From NCBI GenBank assembly GCA_021613535.1, contig CP075495.1, forward strand, positions 10,664,001 to 10,728,000: a stretch of 64,000 nucleotides of DNA, read 5' to 3'. Each line of letters opens with the position of its first letter. Position 1 is the stretch's first letter. Position numbers and translations under genes: made by a program. This stretch comes from Adineta vaga. Taxonomy: Eukaryota; Animalia; Rotifera. Below the pieces are notes generated by a model. That model searched no databases and had not been told where the DNA came from. It worked only from the letters and a program-made list of their open reading frames with translations. This document shows, in pieces, positions 39,728 through 52,304 of this stretch.

Positions 39728-41882
39728 TCAGGATGATGTAGATATATTTCTAAGAAGCGCAGCCATTTCATCGAGTGTCATGTATTTAGATTCTAGTGCC
39801 ATTCGCATTGCCTAAAAATAGAAAACAAAGAAAAAAGAGTCTCTCGAAAATTTCTTTCAATTTTCTTACATATGCTTGGGCGGTTTTATCATCTCGATAT
39901 AGTTCCAATTCACTTCGATTGTATTGACCAAGTTTAAATGCAAATTTTGAAAAACGTTCGTTTGTATGCCAACAATGTAAGTTAAGACGTGTACCTTGTG
40001 AAATATATTGAGTACTTTTATCTGTAGTAGATTGATCAAGAAGACTATGACCAATAACAATGCGAATTTGATTTGTAGCAGCTAAATGATTCAATGCTAA
40101 ATGTTGACCATAGAGAAGTAACACACCATAATGCCTGAAGAAAGAAGAAAAAGGAATCTTTCAATGAAATTTTAATAATGAAAATGCACCATTCTGGCCA
40201 CATTAACGTTCCTAGTTTTGATTCTCGTTCAGGTGTTGCAAATTCATATTGCGCTAACCATAACATACCATTTAATGTTTCACTTGCAACTAGATAACCA
40301 TCATAGGGTGAACCGTACCTATTTGGGGATAACGAAAAATGTTGGTTCAATATAAAAATACAATGTAGACGAACCATGTAGAACCCATACCAGATATACC
40401 AGCATGAGCAAAGCCCATATCATGAGCAATACGTTTCAATTTACGACGATTGAAATCTGTTCCATAGCCACCACCAACCGGTTATGAGAGTACAATTTTG
40501 TGGAATGTAATTGGCAAAATGACGATAAATAAAAACATCTAAATAATCCAATAAAAGTAAATTTTTTTAATCTATTGAGATCAGATGTTTCGTTAGTAAT
40601 ACGAAATGTTTTATAATATTTGAGCATGTTTCATGTATTATCAATTAGTTCATTGATGTTCTGTCAAGTACTGTATCAGCCTTGGAGTCTGTTTTTTTCT
40701 CGATAACAATCATCAGTTATTGATGCAGTCCCGAGGCTATCTTCTCTCAATTTCAACATCTTCATATGTTGAATCATTAGTGACTAGAAGATACGGATTT
40801 TATTATTGAATGCATTTTTTTAATGCTTTCGATCGGTCCCAACTGTTACGAATTGAATTTACCTTTCATCTTCAACGAGATATTTGAATATTGCAAGTTG
40901 CTCTTCGAACATTTCGACTAATACTTATAAATAAAATAATCTTCATCAGAATGTTTTCCACCTACCTATATCTGTTCGTAAAATAAAATCATACATTTTA
41001 AAAGTCCAATATCCTTCATAGATGGTATTAATAGAATCAACATAGCCATATGCTCGCAGATTGGTATATAGAGATTCGGAACGTTTTGCATCAAATGTTT
41101 CCGTATCCGTTACTAATGGAACACCAATAAATGGATCTTTCATATCTTTATATGATGCCATCACACGTTGTGCATTATCAAATGCTTTTTCAAAATTATT
41201 GTTAATAATGTCTTTTGTTCGGTATTGTATTGGTACATAAAGAAAAAGTCGACAAATCGATGGTTCTTCTTTATTTTGTCGTATACGATTAACACAACCC
41301 AAACTTCGAAATTCTGTCGAAAAATTATAGGTAAATATCACAAAATCAGTTCGCCAAGTTGTTGGTTGACTACGTAACATTTCAACCCATGAACGATACA
41401 GCCTAAAGAATGAAAAGTTTCGATTTCAACGTAGACAAGCATGAAAAGATGAAATAAAAGTGTTTTGTTAGAAGAAATTTAATCTTCGATCAACAATTGA
41501 ACATTGAAAATAAAACGTTTAAGTGCCATTACAGACAATAGTTTGTGAACATTCAGTTTATGATTACTTACCATCTGACTTCTGGAAAAAAGTATTCACT
41601 TTGATGGTAAGGATAAAAAATAACAATTGCACGTTGAACTGCTGAAGTATTTTTAACTTCTGTACATTTTGTCGGTTTGTTCTGAGATTGAATTGTAGCT
41701 GATATTGAAGAAGAAATACTTGACTTTGCATTTATTGTTTGTGGACAATCACATTCAACTTTTTTGAAATTTTTTTTATCCGACCTTGCACCACCTAAAT
41801 TATTTGTTATGGATACAATTAAAATACAGCCTACAGATAATCCAATTGCTGATAATAAAAATTTGAACGTGTTACGCCGCAT
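39728..41882 (-). CDS. Uncharacterised type II membrane DxD-motif glycosyltransferase-like protein, tandem paralog 3 (6 coding exons)
   Basis: Signal-anchor plus ECDCP stem; WRTDF, YDFILRTDI|DVFIY (split by a ~430-nt intron), VGGGGY, MGSTWYGS, WPEWHYGVLLLYGQH, NLHCWH and MRMALESK. Confidence 0.8.
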
Positions 41883-43285
41883 AGTTTTCCTAAAAGAAAC
41901 GACAGGAAATGCAGTAAATTATAGTTGAAAAGTCAACGAGAAAAACTCTAGTATTTTCTTGCTCTTTTTTTAGCGACAAAATGTTTTCCTGGTAGAAAAG
42001 AAACAACAACTTTTGGTTAAAACTATGCGTTGTTAACTACACACATGTTTGACATGTTCCCTTCATGAAGAGAGAGAATTTTACTTTAGACGAGCATAGG
42101 AGAAAGAATATATCGTCGCGTGAATGATGTTCTTTACTCTTCGGTTCGTACGTTTTTTTTTCCTCTCGAGCATATTAACCAAATGAAATTATACACCGTC
42201 CAATACAGTAACAAAGAACATACATGAAAGAATGAAGCACCAATATGCTTCATTATATCACAAATATAGTATTTTTCTTTTTCTAATTATTGACTGTATC
42301 ACGCATGTGACTCTTCATGGCACTATTATTATCTTCAGCAATAGATTCGTATTTGGCATCGAAGAAAAAAGTTGATTATCAGAGATTAAATTTAATATTT
42401 TAATACTTATAATACGATAAGAACAAATTGAATAATAGTTTTATCTTTATCAGATCGATATTACACCCTTGATTGTAAAATTTTGATTTTATCCAAAATG
42501 TCTCGAGTTAGTTTATCTCTATGGAGAATCCGTATTTAGAAAAAAACGGCTCCTTGGATGCAAAGCCTTAGTAAATACAAAAGGTAGGAGAATAAGCAAT
42601 TTTCTCGTTGTCTGAAAAGAAAAATAAGAACGAGAAATTGAGTGAAAAGATTGAATAGAAATAATCTTTACATTGTAGATGTACGAGTCTACTTCTCGAT
42701 TATTTATTAGAAGAAAACCAAGAGACATTGTTTATTATTCGATTAATAGAAGAAAAACCTATTCTTTAACTAATTATAGAATTTTTCTTCTCTTTTGAAA
42801 TTTCAGAAAAAGATGTCAAAAACAAATGATGAGATGGTCTTATTATTGCATGTACCATTGACATACTTACAAATAATATGATTAGATATAATAGCCGTTC
42901 ATTGGATGAATATGTTAGAAGTGTCCTTGTGAAAAAATTGCTTAGTTTTATAGTATTGACATCCTTTATAGTAATAAATGGAGAAACAATGTGAAAAAAA
43001 AGAATAGTACTTGTGGAATTTATTGTGCTATCTTCGACGATGTTGCCTATTCAACAGTGTAGAACATGAGAAAAAAGAAGAAGAACAAGCAGAAAGAAAA
43101 ATTAGCATCTATTTTCTTTTGAATATAGATGCTCTCTATCATCCGTCAAAGAAGATTTTTTCTTGAGAGTTAGGAACATTTTTAGAAGGTAAAAAACGCT
43201 GCAGTTTGACAGTCGGAAATGGCATAGGGTAAAAGTTTTGGAACAATCTTTAGTGTTGTAGATAACATGCATGAACTCTGTGCCA

Positions 43286-44524
43286 ACATCCAGCCGTAAA
43301 GGTACAAATAGTCAATTACTTTTTCTCAATGAAAGTCCTATAATTTGCTGTTAGTTTTAGTTCAGACTGTCCAACAAAAGCATACTTTATTCATTTGCCC
43401 ACTTTTTACAGTCTTAAAATGGAATATATTCCAATAATACTCAAAAACTTACCAAAATAACGCAAATATCACATATTTTTCTGTAGGGAAGTTTACGAAT
43501 TTAGTGAGATTATAACAAGAGTTATAGCACATCATAGTATTCCTATTCAGACTATTATAAAACACAAGTAGCGCGGATCCCACAGATTCACTCACCATTT
43601 TCTGAAATAACGAAAATTCAGTCCGAAGTTGTACGTTTTTTTTCTAATCAACATAGTCATACTCTTCACAACATTTTATAGAGGAATTCGGATCTTGTCA
43701 TTGAGGAGCAAGGGTAGTTTCAAAGTAAGACAGAATACATTGCATCGTATAATATTGGAATTAATGCTTCACGTATGCATTTTATAGACTTACAGGAGCA
43801 ATCTTTTCGAATAATAAGATACATTTTCTTACGCTTTCAAATTTGTTCTACAATATGCTATAAATGTTCATTTCAAATTCTGAAACAAATACTTATGCCG
43901 GAAGTGTCGCGTTACGTGAACACATGCATATACAGATAATTAAGTATACTTACGATCGAAACTAATGCTGAAATGTATTGAAGTTGTTTTTGTGTATGTA
44001 GGAAGAAAGCTTCGTATCTTTATATTCAAGAACGTTTTTTTCTCCGAGTAATGTTTATTTAAGTGAATCAGTGGACCGTGCAATTGGATACATACGGTAG
44101 TAAGTTGAGTATAGATGAATATTTTTCATGCATGTTTTTTTCGAGACGCTGCAGTATGCAGTTTGTCTTTCGTTTGCATTCCTTGTTCAATATAAGAGAA
44201 AAAAAACGTATATATACAACATAAGTGAATTTATGATACCAGCTTGGCTTGAATAAACCGACCAATTTTAAGCATTTTTATACTCCGTATAACCCTTTCT
44301 TTCAGAAAAGGAATTACGAATCTTGTTAGAATCTCGCTAATTTCGTGAACTTTCTTAGAGAAAATAGGTAATATATGCGTTATTTTGGTGAGTTTTCGAG
44401 TATTATTGGAATATTTCGCATCTTAAGACTAAAAAGTGGACAGTCTGAACTGAAGCTAACAGCAAATTATAGGACTTTCATTGAGAAAAAATAATTGACT
44501 ATTTGTACCTTTACGGCTGAATGT
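43286..44524. mobile_element. Non-autonomous DNA-transposon-like element with long terminal inverted repeats (MITE/MULE/foldback-like)
   Basis: 43286-~43520 is the reverse complement of ~44321-44524 (e.g. CAGCCGTAAAGGTACAAATAGTCAATTA.TTTTTCTCAATGAAAGTCCTATAATTTGCTGTTAG). The left arm has a ~27-nt insertion and weaker similarity extends inward. No transposase ORF and no clear TSD. Confidence 0.72.
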
Positions 44525-45046
44525 GACCTTTTGGCAACATTCTCGCACTGTGTTCTTCAAGCATACTGAATAATTCATCTCACTGATACAATAGATAATG
44601 GACCTGGAGAGGAAAGTTAACCACAAGTTAGTTCTCCCATTAAATCGTTGCACAAATGAAAAACAGATCGTTTTGATTCGAGGGCTGTTTTGAGTCTTGA
44701 CGAGAGAATTTATTCCTCCCTTCAATAATAGCGTTCTCCTTTCTTGAAAAGGCAACATCCGATCGGAAAGGTTTAATGATGACGGATAAAATAGAATTGA
44801 TGTACTTTATATTTGACAAGAGAAGGTCAACTAAACAATAATAATCGTATCTCCACTGAGAACTATAATCTGATCTATTGTGGCATAGAACAAATGAATG
44901 AATGAATAAATATATATCTTTCAAAAATTCTTACAATTACGATAAGAACTATTTTATATTGATCATTATGCCTCATTGGAACATATTTGTTATTGCAAAG
45001 GAATTACGCAATTTTGTCTCAGTCATACTAAAGAAAGAAAACAACA

Positions 45047-45589
45047 ATGACTGATACTTTTTATTTTATTTTACACGAAACATCTAACTTTATGGCACGT
45101 CAACAATCGAAGAAACCTATAAAATCTTTTGAATATTCTGAACTGATTAACAATTTTCTTTATCTTGGTAGTAGTCAAACATCAAAAAATCTCGAAGGTC
45201 TGCATTCACTCAATATTACGCATATTGTTAATTTAGCTGGTAAATGTCATCATCCATCAGACTTTACTTATGGCACATTTCATATTGAAGATGGCGCGTC
45301 AAAAGTGAAATGTGAAAGAAACCTTCCGCTCATTCTTCAATTTATAGATCAAGCTCGTCTAGAAAAATCAACGAACCGTGTTTTAATTCATTGTCGTGCT
45401 GGAATGAGTCGAACACCGTTTATTGCCATTGCATATTTAATGCATTCAACGAATATGTCATTGATGGAAGCTTATACATCTGTTAAAAAATGTCGACCAC
45501 AGATTCGTATACATGAAGAACATTGTAAAACTTTACTAGATTTGGATAAATCCAATAATTGTACATTAGAATTCTTGATGAGCGAATAA
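45047..45589 (+). CDS. Atypical dual-specificity protein phosphatase, intronless
   Basis: ELINNFLYLGS, LNITHIVN, general-acid IED, VLIHCRAGMSRT (HCxxGxSR active-site loop), IAYLM and EAYTSVKKCRP. Confidence 0.9.
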   Translation: MTDTFYFILHETSNFMARQQSKKPIKSFEYSELINNFLYLGSSQTSKNLEGLHSLNITHIVNLAGKCHHPSDFTYGTFHIEDGASKVKCERNLPLILQFIDQARLEKSTNRVLIHCRAGMSRTPFIAIAYLMHSTNMSLMEAYTSVKKCRPQIRIHEEHCKTLLDLDKSNNCTLEFLMSE

Positions 45590-46108
45590 ATTTGCAGAAA
45601 TTTGTGTTTTCGAATTTCATTTCATTTCATCTTCTTCTAACTTTCAATCTTATTACATACAGGCGCTTACATGCATACATAGAAAAGAACAAAAAAAAAT
45701 TGAATCAATCAAAAAAATAATTATCATCATCATAGGGAAGAAAAATGTGGGACAACGAAAGACTTCAGAAGAAAAGAAACCAGAAAACAGATAAAGTCAA
45801 TCTTGCCATGAATAACGCACAAAGAACAGAAAATAATAATGAATAAATTATTATAAAAAAAGAATCGAAGGTTCATACATAAACCATATATATATATATA
45901 TATATTAAAGAGAAGAGTACGATCGCTTGGCGCACACAAAACAGAAAACCATTGAGGTTCCGCATTGTGTCATAATATGTATATATATATATACATACAG
46001 AAAAACGCAAGCACCATTTTCTACATTGTAAAGATAAATTCATTATGTAGAATACATTGCAAAATAACATGCATACATATGAAAGAAGAAATGGGAATAT
46101 AAGGAAAG

Positions 46109-49100
46109 CTAAGTCGGTAAAAACATAACCGGTTGTGGTGATGGATTCGTCCATGTTGGAAGATTATTTGCATCGAATAATGGTCCATTGGTTGGAGATG
46201 ATGTATTCATTTGATTTTGTAATGCTTGAGATGTTATAAGTGCAGCTGTGGCGGCCACGACAGCCGTTTTTTTCACATCCAGTAATGTCGTTGAAGTGCT
46301 GTTCAGAACATCGGGAGAGTTTATGGTGGCATTAAATGCTTTATCAATTGATTGTTCAACACGTGTGTAATCACTCTAAAAAAATTTGTTTTTAAATAAT
46401 CAAATAATACGTCTCAATCCATAAATGAAAGTATCCAGTAATAAAAAAAACAAATCATCTCACCTCATGAATTAAACCAAGTTCTAATAATTCTTTTGCT
46501 ATACTACTCGGTGTTTCATCCAATTCAATTTCTGCTGTCATATCACGTTGCAATCGATCTTGAAATTTCACACTAATAAATAACTAGATATGAACAGAAA
46601 TAAAAATTCAAATAAAAAATAATCATCTTTTTCTAGTTTACCAAACATGATCGAGTGTCTTTTGTTTTTATTTTACATTGTATATCAATAATTTTTCGAT
46701 TTTCTTTTTCATCACTATTGGATAATGATGCAATCGAAGAATGACTATTCGTAATTGTAGCTGACGAATCAATTGTATGATGTTCGGTATCATTTGTAGC
46801 TGACGCTGTTCGTTCATAGGATGATGTACCAGTTCGTGATTTCATTCCATTAGTGAGAGTTGTTGTTGTTGCTGTTGTTGTTGTTATTGTTGAATTAGGA
46901 TCGTTTGTATTAATTGAATGAAACATTGATGGATCTGAGACTGATTGCATGGGTGTTGTGGAATCACTATCTGTACTGATTAAAGTTGATGGAAAAAATG
47001 ATGATAACGATGATGAAGTTGGTAAAATTTTATCCGAAATTGGAGACTTTGTCAAGAGATTGAGAGTACACTGAGTGGGAAATAGTAGATGATAAGCTGT
47101 AATAGGATATAAACCATTTTGCACATCTTCGAGAAGTTTATCTAAATCAAATGATGGACAATCTTTATATCTAAAATGAAGACAAATTTGTGAATGAAAA
47201 GTAAAATTAATTGATATAATAGGTGTCAAACATACGTAAAGATAACCGGTTTTACACCTTCTCGTATTGACTCAGATTCTGCAAAGATTTGATCAGGCAA
47301 TGAAACATGATGATGTGGTGAAACAAATGATCGATCTGGTTTGGAACCTAGATGAAAAGAAACTATTGATTAAATGTAAATAAGAAAATTCTTTCTTACG
47401 GATATCATCTGCTAACGAATGAACAGAGAGTAGTTTTAATGATGGAATTTCAAATAAAGCTGGATGAAAGAGTAGTTCACGTGCTGTTGGTCGTTGTGCT
47501 GGATCATTTTGAAGACATTTTAATACAAGATCCTGTTTTTTTTAACAATGATTGAAAAGTCAATTTTAGTTTCTTATAAAGAATCTGTTTCTATACCTTT
47601 TGTACCAGATTATCTAAGCTTTCAATGGCTTCATCCACAACTTCATTAGTTACTGCATGTGTATCCCCATTTCCACCCAAATCCAAATTACTCATCTAAA
47701 TATCAAATTTTAAGTTTTTTAATTAAAAAACATCGATTATTGCATATGATTTAATAATTAGTCATTTAACTATCGAATTATTATCCTATATTCGATAATT
47801 TGCGTGTTTTAATCCATAGAAGAATTAGATGCATCTTTTTTTCATATCTGTTTATCGCATGTTTAACATAATTGATTTTTCATCAGTTATGCAGACAGGA
47901 AGAACAAGCGTGGGTTTTGTTTTCTCGCAGAATATTTTCTATATCGATGTCAACTTGAATCTACTTTTCACTATCATATTTCTGCGTAGTAACAGAGTAT
48001 ATTAAAACTATTTTTAAATTTGACCTTTTTCTTTTTCTAACCATAGATTTCCTAATTGAATAATGGCTTATTCAACTAAAATAATGAAAAATATCTATTA
48101 TAACGCTTGAAAACATTCTTCAGATGTCTGCTTTTCATTAAACCATCTGATCAAACAACGAAATCATCCGTAATTCCTTCTCAAAAAGATAACGTTCAAT
48201 ATACCTCAAGTGTTACCATACCAAGTGAATAAATATCGATAGCTGTTGTAATCTGATTTAATTCTACAATTAATAAATCGAATCATTATTAATTTGAAAC
48301 GTTTCCTCGACTTAACAAACCTTCATCAATTTCTGGAGCTTGAAAATGTAAATTTTTCGCTGCTGAATCCGTTATACTTTTCACATGTCGATGTAGAACG
48401 TCCGGTGCAACTAAATTGAAAATAAAAGACATTTTTTGAAAATTCTTTTCGCAACATAAACCTTATCATTCACACTGCAAAGAGGATTTATTTTTTGCTT
48501 TGAACTTTTCTTTTCAAATTAGTTGATTACAGCTGAGCAGAGAAAATCGAAGCAAAAATGTGAAAAGGAGTAGTAAACATCAAACATGAGGAACCTACCA
48601 ATTTCCATATCAGCAAATGCTTTCAACTGAGGATAGTGTACTATAGATATAATGATTATCTTTTCAATTATAAACGAATTTAACGTGTTGAAACAAACTC
48701 ATTCATTCATTCGTTCGTTCATTCATTCAATAAAACTTACTTGATCCAATCTTTAGAAGACCGGTATTTTGTATAAAAATTGTATCACAGGTTAAATTAC
48801 CATGAATAATTGGTTCTTCACATGAATGTAAATAACTAATGATAAGCAAAAGAAAAAGAAAGACAGATGCATAGAAGAATGTTGATATTATTATTCTAAA
48901 CATACTTTAAAGCAGATAATAACTGAATACACCATCGTCTCCAGGAATTTTTCGATAAATTCTGTTTTGTCTTTTTTGTTTTACGTAAAAATGCTTTTAA
49001 AGAGCCACTTGACATATACTCAGTAATGAAAACAACCTGTATTCATACGAGAAAAAAAAACAAGTAATTTACAGTAACTATTTTGTTAAGATAAACAAGA

Positions 49101-49759
49101 TATTACTCGAGGACGATCATCGTTTTTTGCACGATCTTGCCAATAATCATGAAATTTCACAATATTCATATGATTTAATTCGATTAATTTATCGAAAACT
49201 TCACTAACTTTATTCTAAAATATTGAATCAAGAGAAAAGGAAATGAAAATTTTTCGTTTATATGGTAAACGTACATGTTGACTATCACTAATCTTTCTTT
49301 CAGAAAATAAAACTTCATTCCAAACAACTTCTACACCTTCTTCGGTATCCATAGCTAAATAGGATGCATCAATACCTGGAATGTCACGTTGAGCAACCTT
49401 CAAAATAGATTTTTATTGAATAATTTCAAAGATTTATTCCGATATATTACTGTTTCACGTCGTTTTTGCCATCGAGAACATGGACTTGATTCAATGTAGA
49501 CAGGTTCGCCATCGTCATCATCATCATCATCTGTTTGTGCTTGATGTTTATTTGAACCACTACTTGTTGTTGTTGTCGTTGTTGTTGTTTCACTGGTACC
49601 ACCGCCATCTTTACCCTAGAAAATATACATAAATACTTGAATTATTATCAATATGGAAATAGATATATAAAGAGTTAAATTATATATTTTTTTTGTATAT
49701 TATTCATTTGTTCTCACCTCGTCTTCTAAAACAACAGTTTCTTCTTTTTCCTGATTCAT
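46109..49759 (-). CDS. NRBP1: Nuclear receptor-binding protein (Madm) pseudokinase, multi-exon
   Basis: ESSPCSRWQKRRE, IPGIDASYLAMDTEEGVEVVWNEV, VFITEYMSSGSLKAFL, IIHGNLTCDTIFIQNTGLLKIGS, PTARELLFHPALFEIPSLKLL, DKLLEDVQNGLYP and DRLQRDMTAE. Confidence 0.93.
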
Positions 49760-50026
49760 TGTTTTTTTAAATATGAATTAAATCATAATACAAACGACAA
49801 CAAAACAAATAAAAAATGTTCATCGACAAGTTTCTTTTTCTTTCTTCTTTTTCTTTCTTGTTTTTCGACAAAATATAGTTGTAAAATACCCTTGTTTATT
49901 TCGAAGTACGTCTCAATAATGTCAATATAAGCGTACAATACAACGACAGATATTAGCAGAAACTAAATAAGGTTCGTTAATAGTATTAACTGTATGATAG
50001 ATAGAGAATGAAAAAGATGGATGGAG

Positions 50027-50082
50027 TGAGAGAGAGAAACATAGAGAGAGAGACAGAGAGAGAGAGAGAGGAAAAGACAGAG
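50027..50082. repeat. Imperfect (AG)n microsatellite
   Basis: gagagagaga runs upstream of the proximal NRBP first exon. Confidence 0.8.
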
Positions 50083-52280
50083 ACAAAGAAGAAAAAAACA
50101 CATACACGACGGCGATGATCGAGGAGCAACATGCATTTTTAATGCATTCGTAGGCGACGTACATGTGAAAGAACGAAAGAGAAAATAAAATCACTCAGCT
50201 GTTCGAAGCTCCCGTCTTTTTCTTTCTCTGTCTTCATAGTCTATACGATGTACAATGAGCGTCTCATAGCTAGGGGCCACGTGTATTTCGATATATTCTC
50301 ATGTGTACATATCTTCACATAGTAATTTAATTTATCTTTTCATACGTTCTGAGATTAATAAACTATTTAGTTATTCACTAAACAATAAAAACCCTAGACT
50401 AGTCGTTTGAGTATGTATGTATTTTTCGATAGAAAAGAAGAAAGAAATCAAGAGACCATTTTTAATCACCAGTTAATTATGATTTTTTCTAATTTCTCAA
50501 GGAAATTTGCCTACCGGCGACAGTGGCAGGTGGCTTCTTTTTTCCATCATCATCATCATCATTATTCGTGAATATGTTCATTCATGTATGAGATGAGAAA
50601 CATTTGGATGAATGGATGTCGATTTGCTCTTTTCTGGCTTTGTAACGTTCTACAATAAAATCATATAAGCAAGAGTGTAAAGAAAAAAACTAACGTAGAT
50701 CAATGTCGCGCTTTTCAATCGGGAACTATAATAATAATAATAATAATAACAACAATAATGGAAAAAAAAAGAAAGAACAGAAATGAATAAAATCAAAACA
50801 TATGGTGTATATATATATACTCATTCACTAATACTACTTTTAGAAAAAAATAAAGAAAGTCGAAGAAGGAAAAAGTTCTTTTATTTTTTTCTTCTTCAAC
50901 TTTCTTTGGTCTCTATCCAAGCAGATGTTACTTTTCTACATGATGTTGTTTTTGTAATAATAACTAACAAGAATGTCTATAGACGTTTATTTCGAAACAA
51001 AAAAAAGTATGAAGGTTAAGCTTGCAGGTGCGAAATACGATGTTGTTTTCGTTCGGTCTACTGAAAATTATTTCATATGCATAAGCATACATACACACGA
51101 GCGAACGTCGCAACAAGATCATGTGCTGTTATTTCTTTTTCATTTTCGTTTTACAAGTACATATGTGTATCTCGTGCTTCGAGAAAAAAAACAACATACA
51201 TATACACGATAAATCAACTAGATTCAAGCTTTTTAAAATAAATAAATTAATATTATTAAAGCATGAAATTTGTCAATTAAAGAAGAAAGAATAAAATTTT
51301 AATTTCTTTACCTGTTCTCCACTTCGATGACTATGGTATCCCGAACTTGTTCGTGTAATTGTTGCAATACGCAACATTATAAATAACTTGTCGAATTTTG
51401 TTTATTCATTTGAACACAAAAGGTGAAGTTTAATATCTTGGCAACTGGATAAGAGAAGCGTATGGGTCGTGACACCACTTAAATCGTCGGGCAGTCGATG
51501 GTGATATTGAAAAGTGCAAACGAGAGAAAAAGATGAAGAAAAAGAAAAGGAGAAAAAAAAGAAAGAATAACTATCTACCGTTCTCGGCAGCAGCAGAAGG
51601 AGAACATATACACACCCTCATATACATAGAGAATATAGAAAGCAACATCAGATAAAAGAAAAATTTGATACGTAGTCGACAAAAATGGAAAATAGTGATT
51701 TCGTCCGTTTTTCAGTTAATATACCGATATATTTTAATCAGTTTTAACTATTCTCTTATTTTTTTTCTTTTTCTATATCAATCCTATCACAAAAACAAAA
51801 TATTACCTGTGAAACCTGATTAATGATCGATAACAGTATACAAAGAAAAATATGTATTAGTCATACAAATCGAAGTACTTACTCATTATGAAGTAATAAA
51901 ATGTCCTCGAAAATACACAAGAATATGGAGATGAAGAGAAGAAAACAACATAGTCATAATATCGTACAAATGATACTTATCTTTGCATTCGAGGGGTACG
52001 AAATATTTTTGTACAGAAATCAAGTAAAAAAAATGGAAGATAAAATAATTGAGAATATGCGGACAAAAAGATCGGCATTTATCTTGAGGGTGAAATTTTC
52101 ACATCTGTTAACTGATTATGTTTTTTATATATATAGAACAGGTACTTGATTTAAGTTTAAAGGTTTTGAATTATTAAGATAAGTTTTTTTTCTATATTAA
52201 AGTACAGCTGTTAAGGTACAAGGTCACTTGATAAGCTTATCGAAAGTCAATTGAAACAATGGTTAGTTTCAAAAATTTCA

Positions 52281-52304
52281 TCTCTCTCTCTCTCTCTCTC
52301 TCTC
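52281..52304. repeat. (TC)n microsatellite
   Basis: Perfect TC dinucleotide run. Confidence 0.85.

Noticed and set aside
40676-40715. TGATGA...CTGA (box C/D-like) in the long intron of paralog 3
   Set aside because: Only ~40 nt between the boxes, no terminal stem and no recognisable rRNA guide.
44068-44924. Short ORFs in and beside the TIR element as a transposase
   Set aside because: No DDE, zinc-finger or other transposase motifs recognisable.
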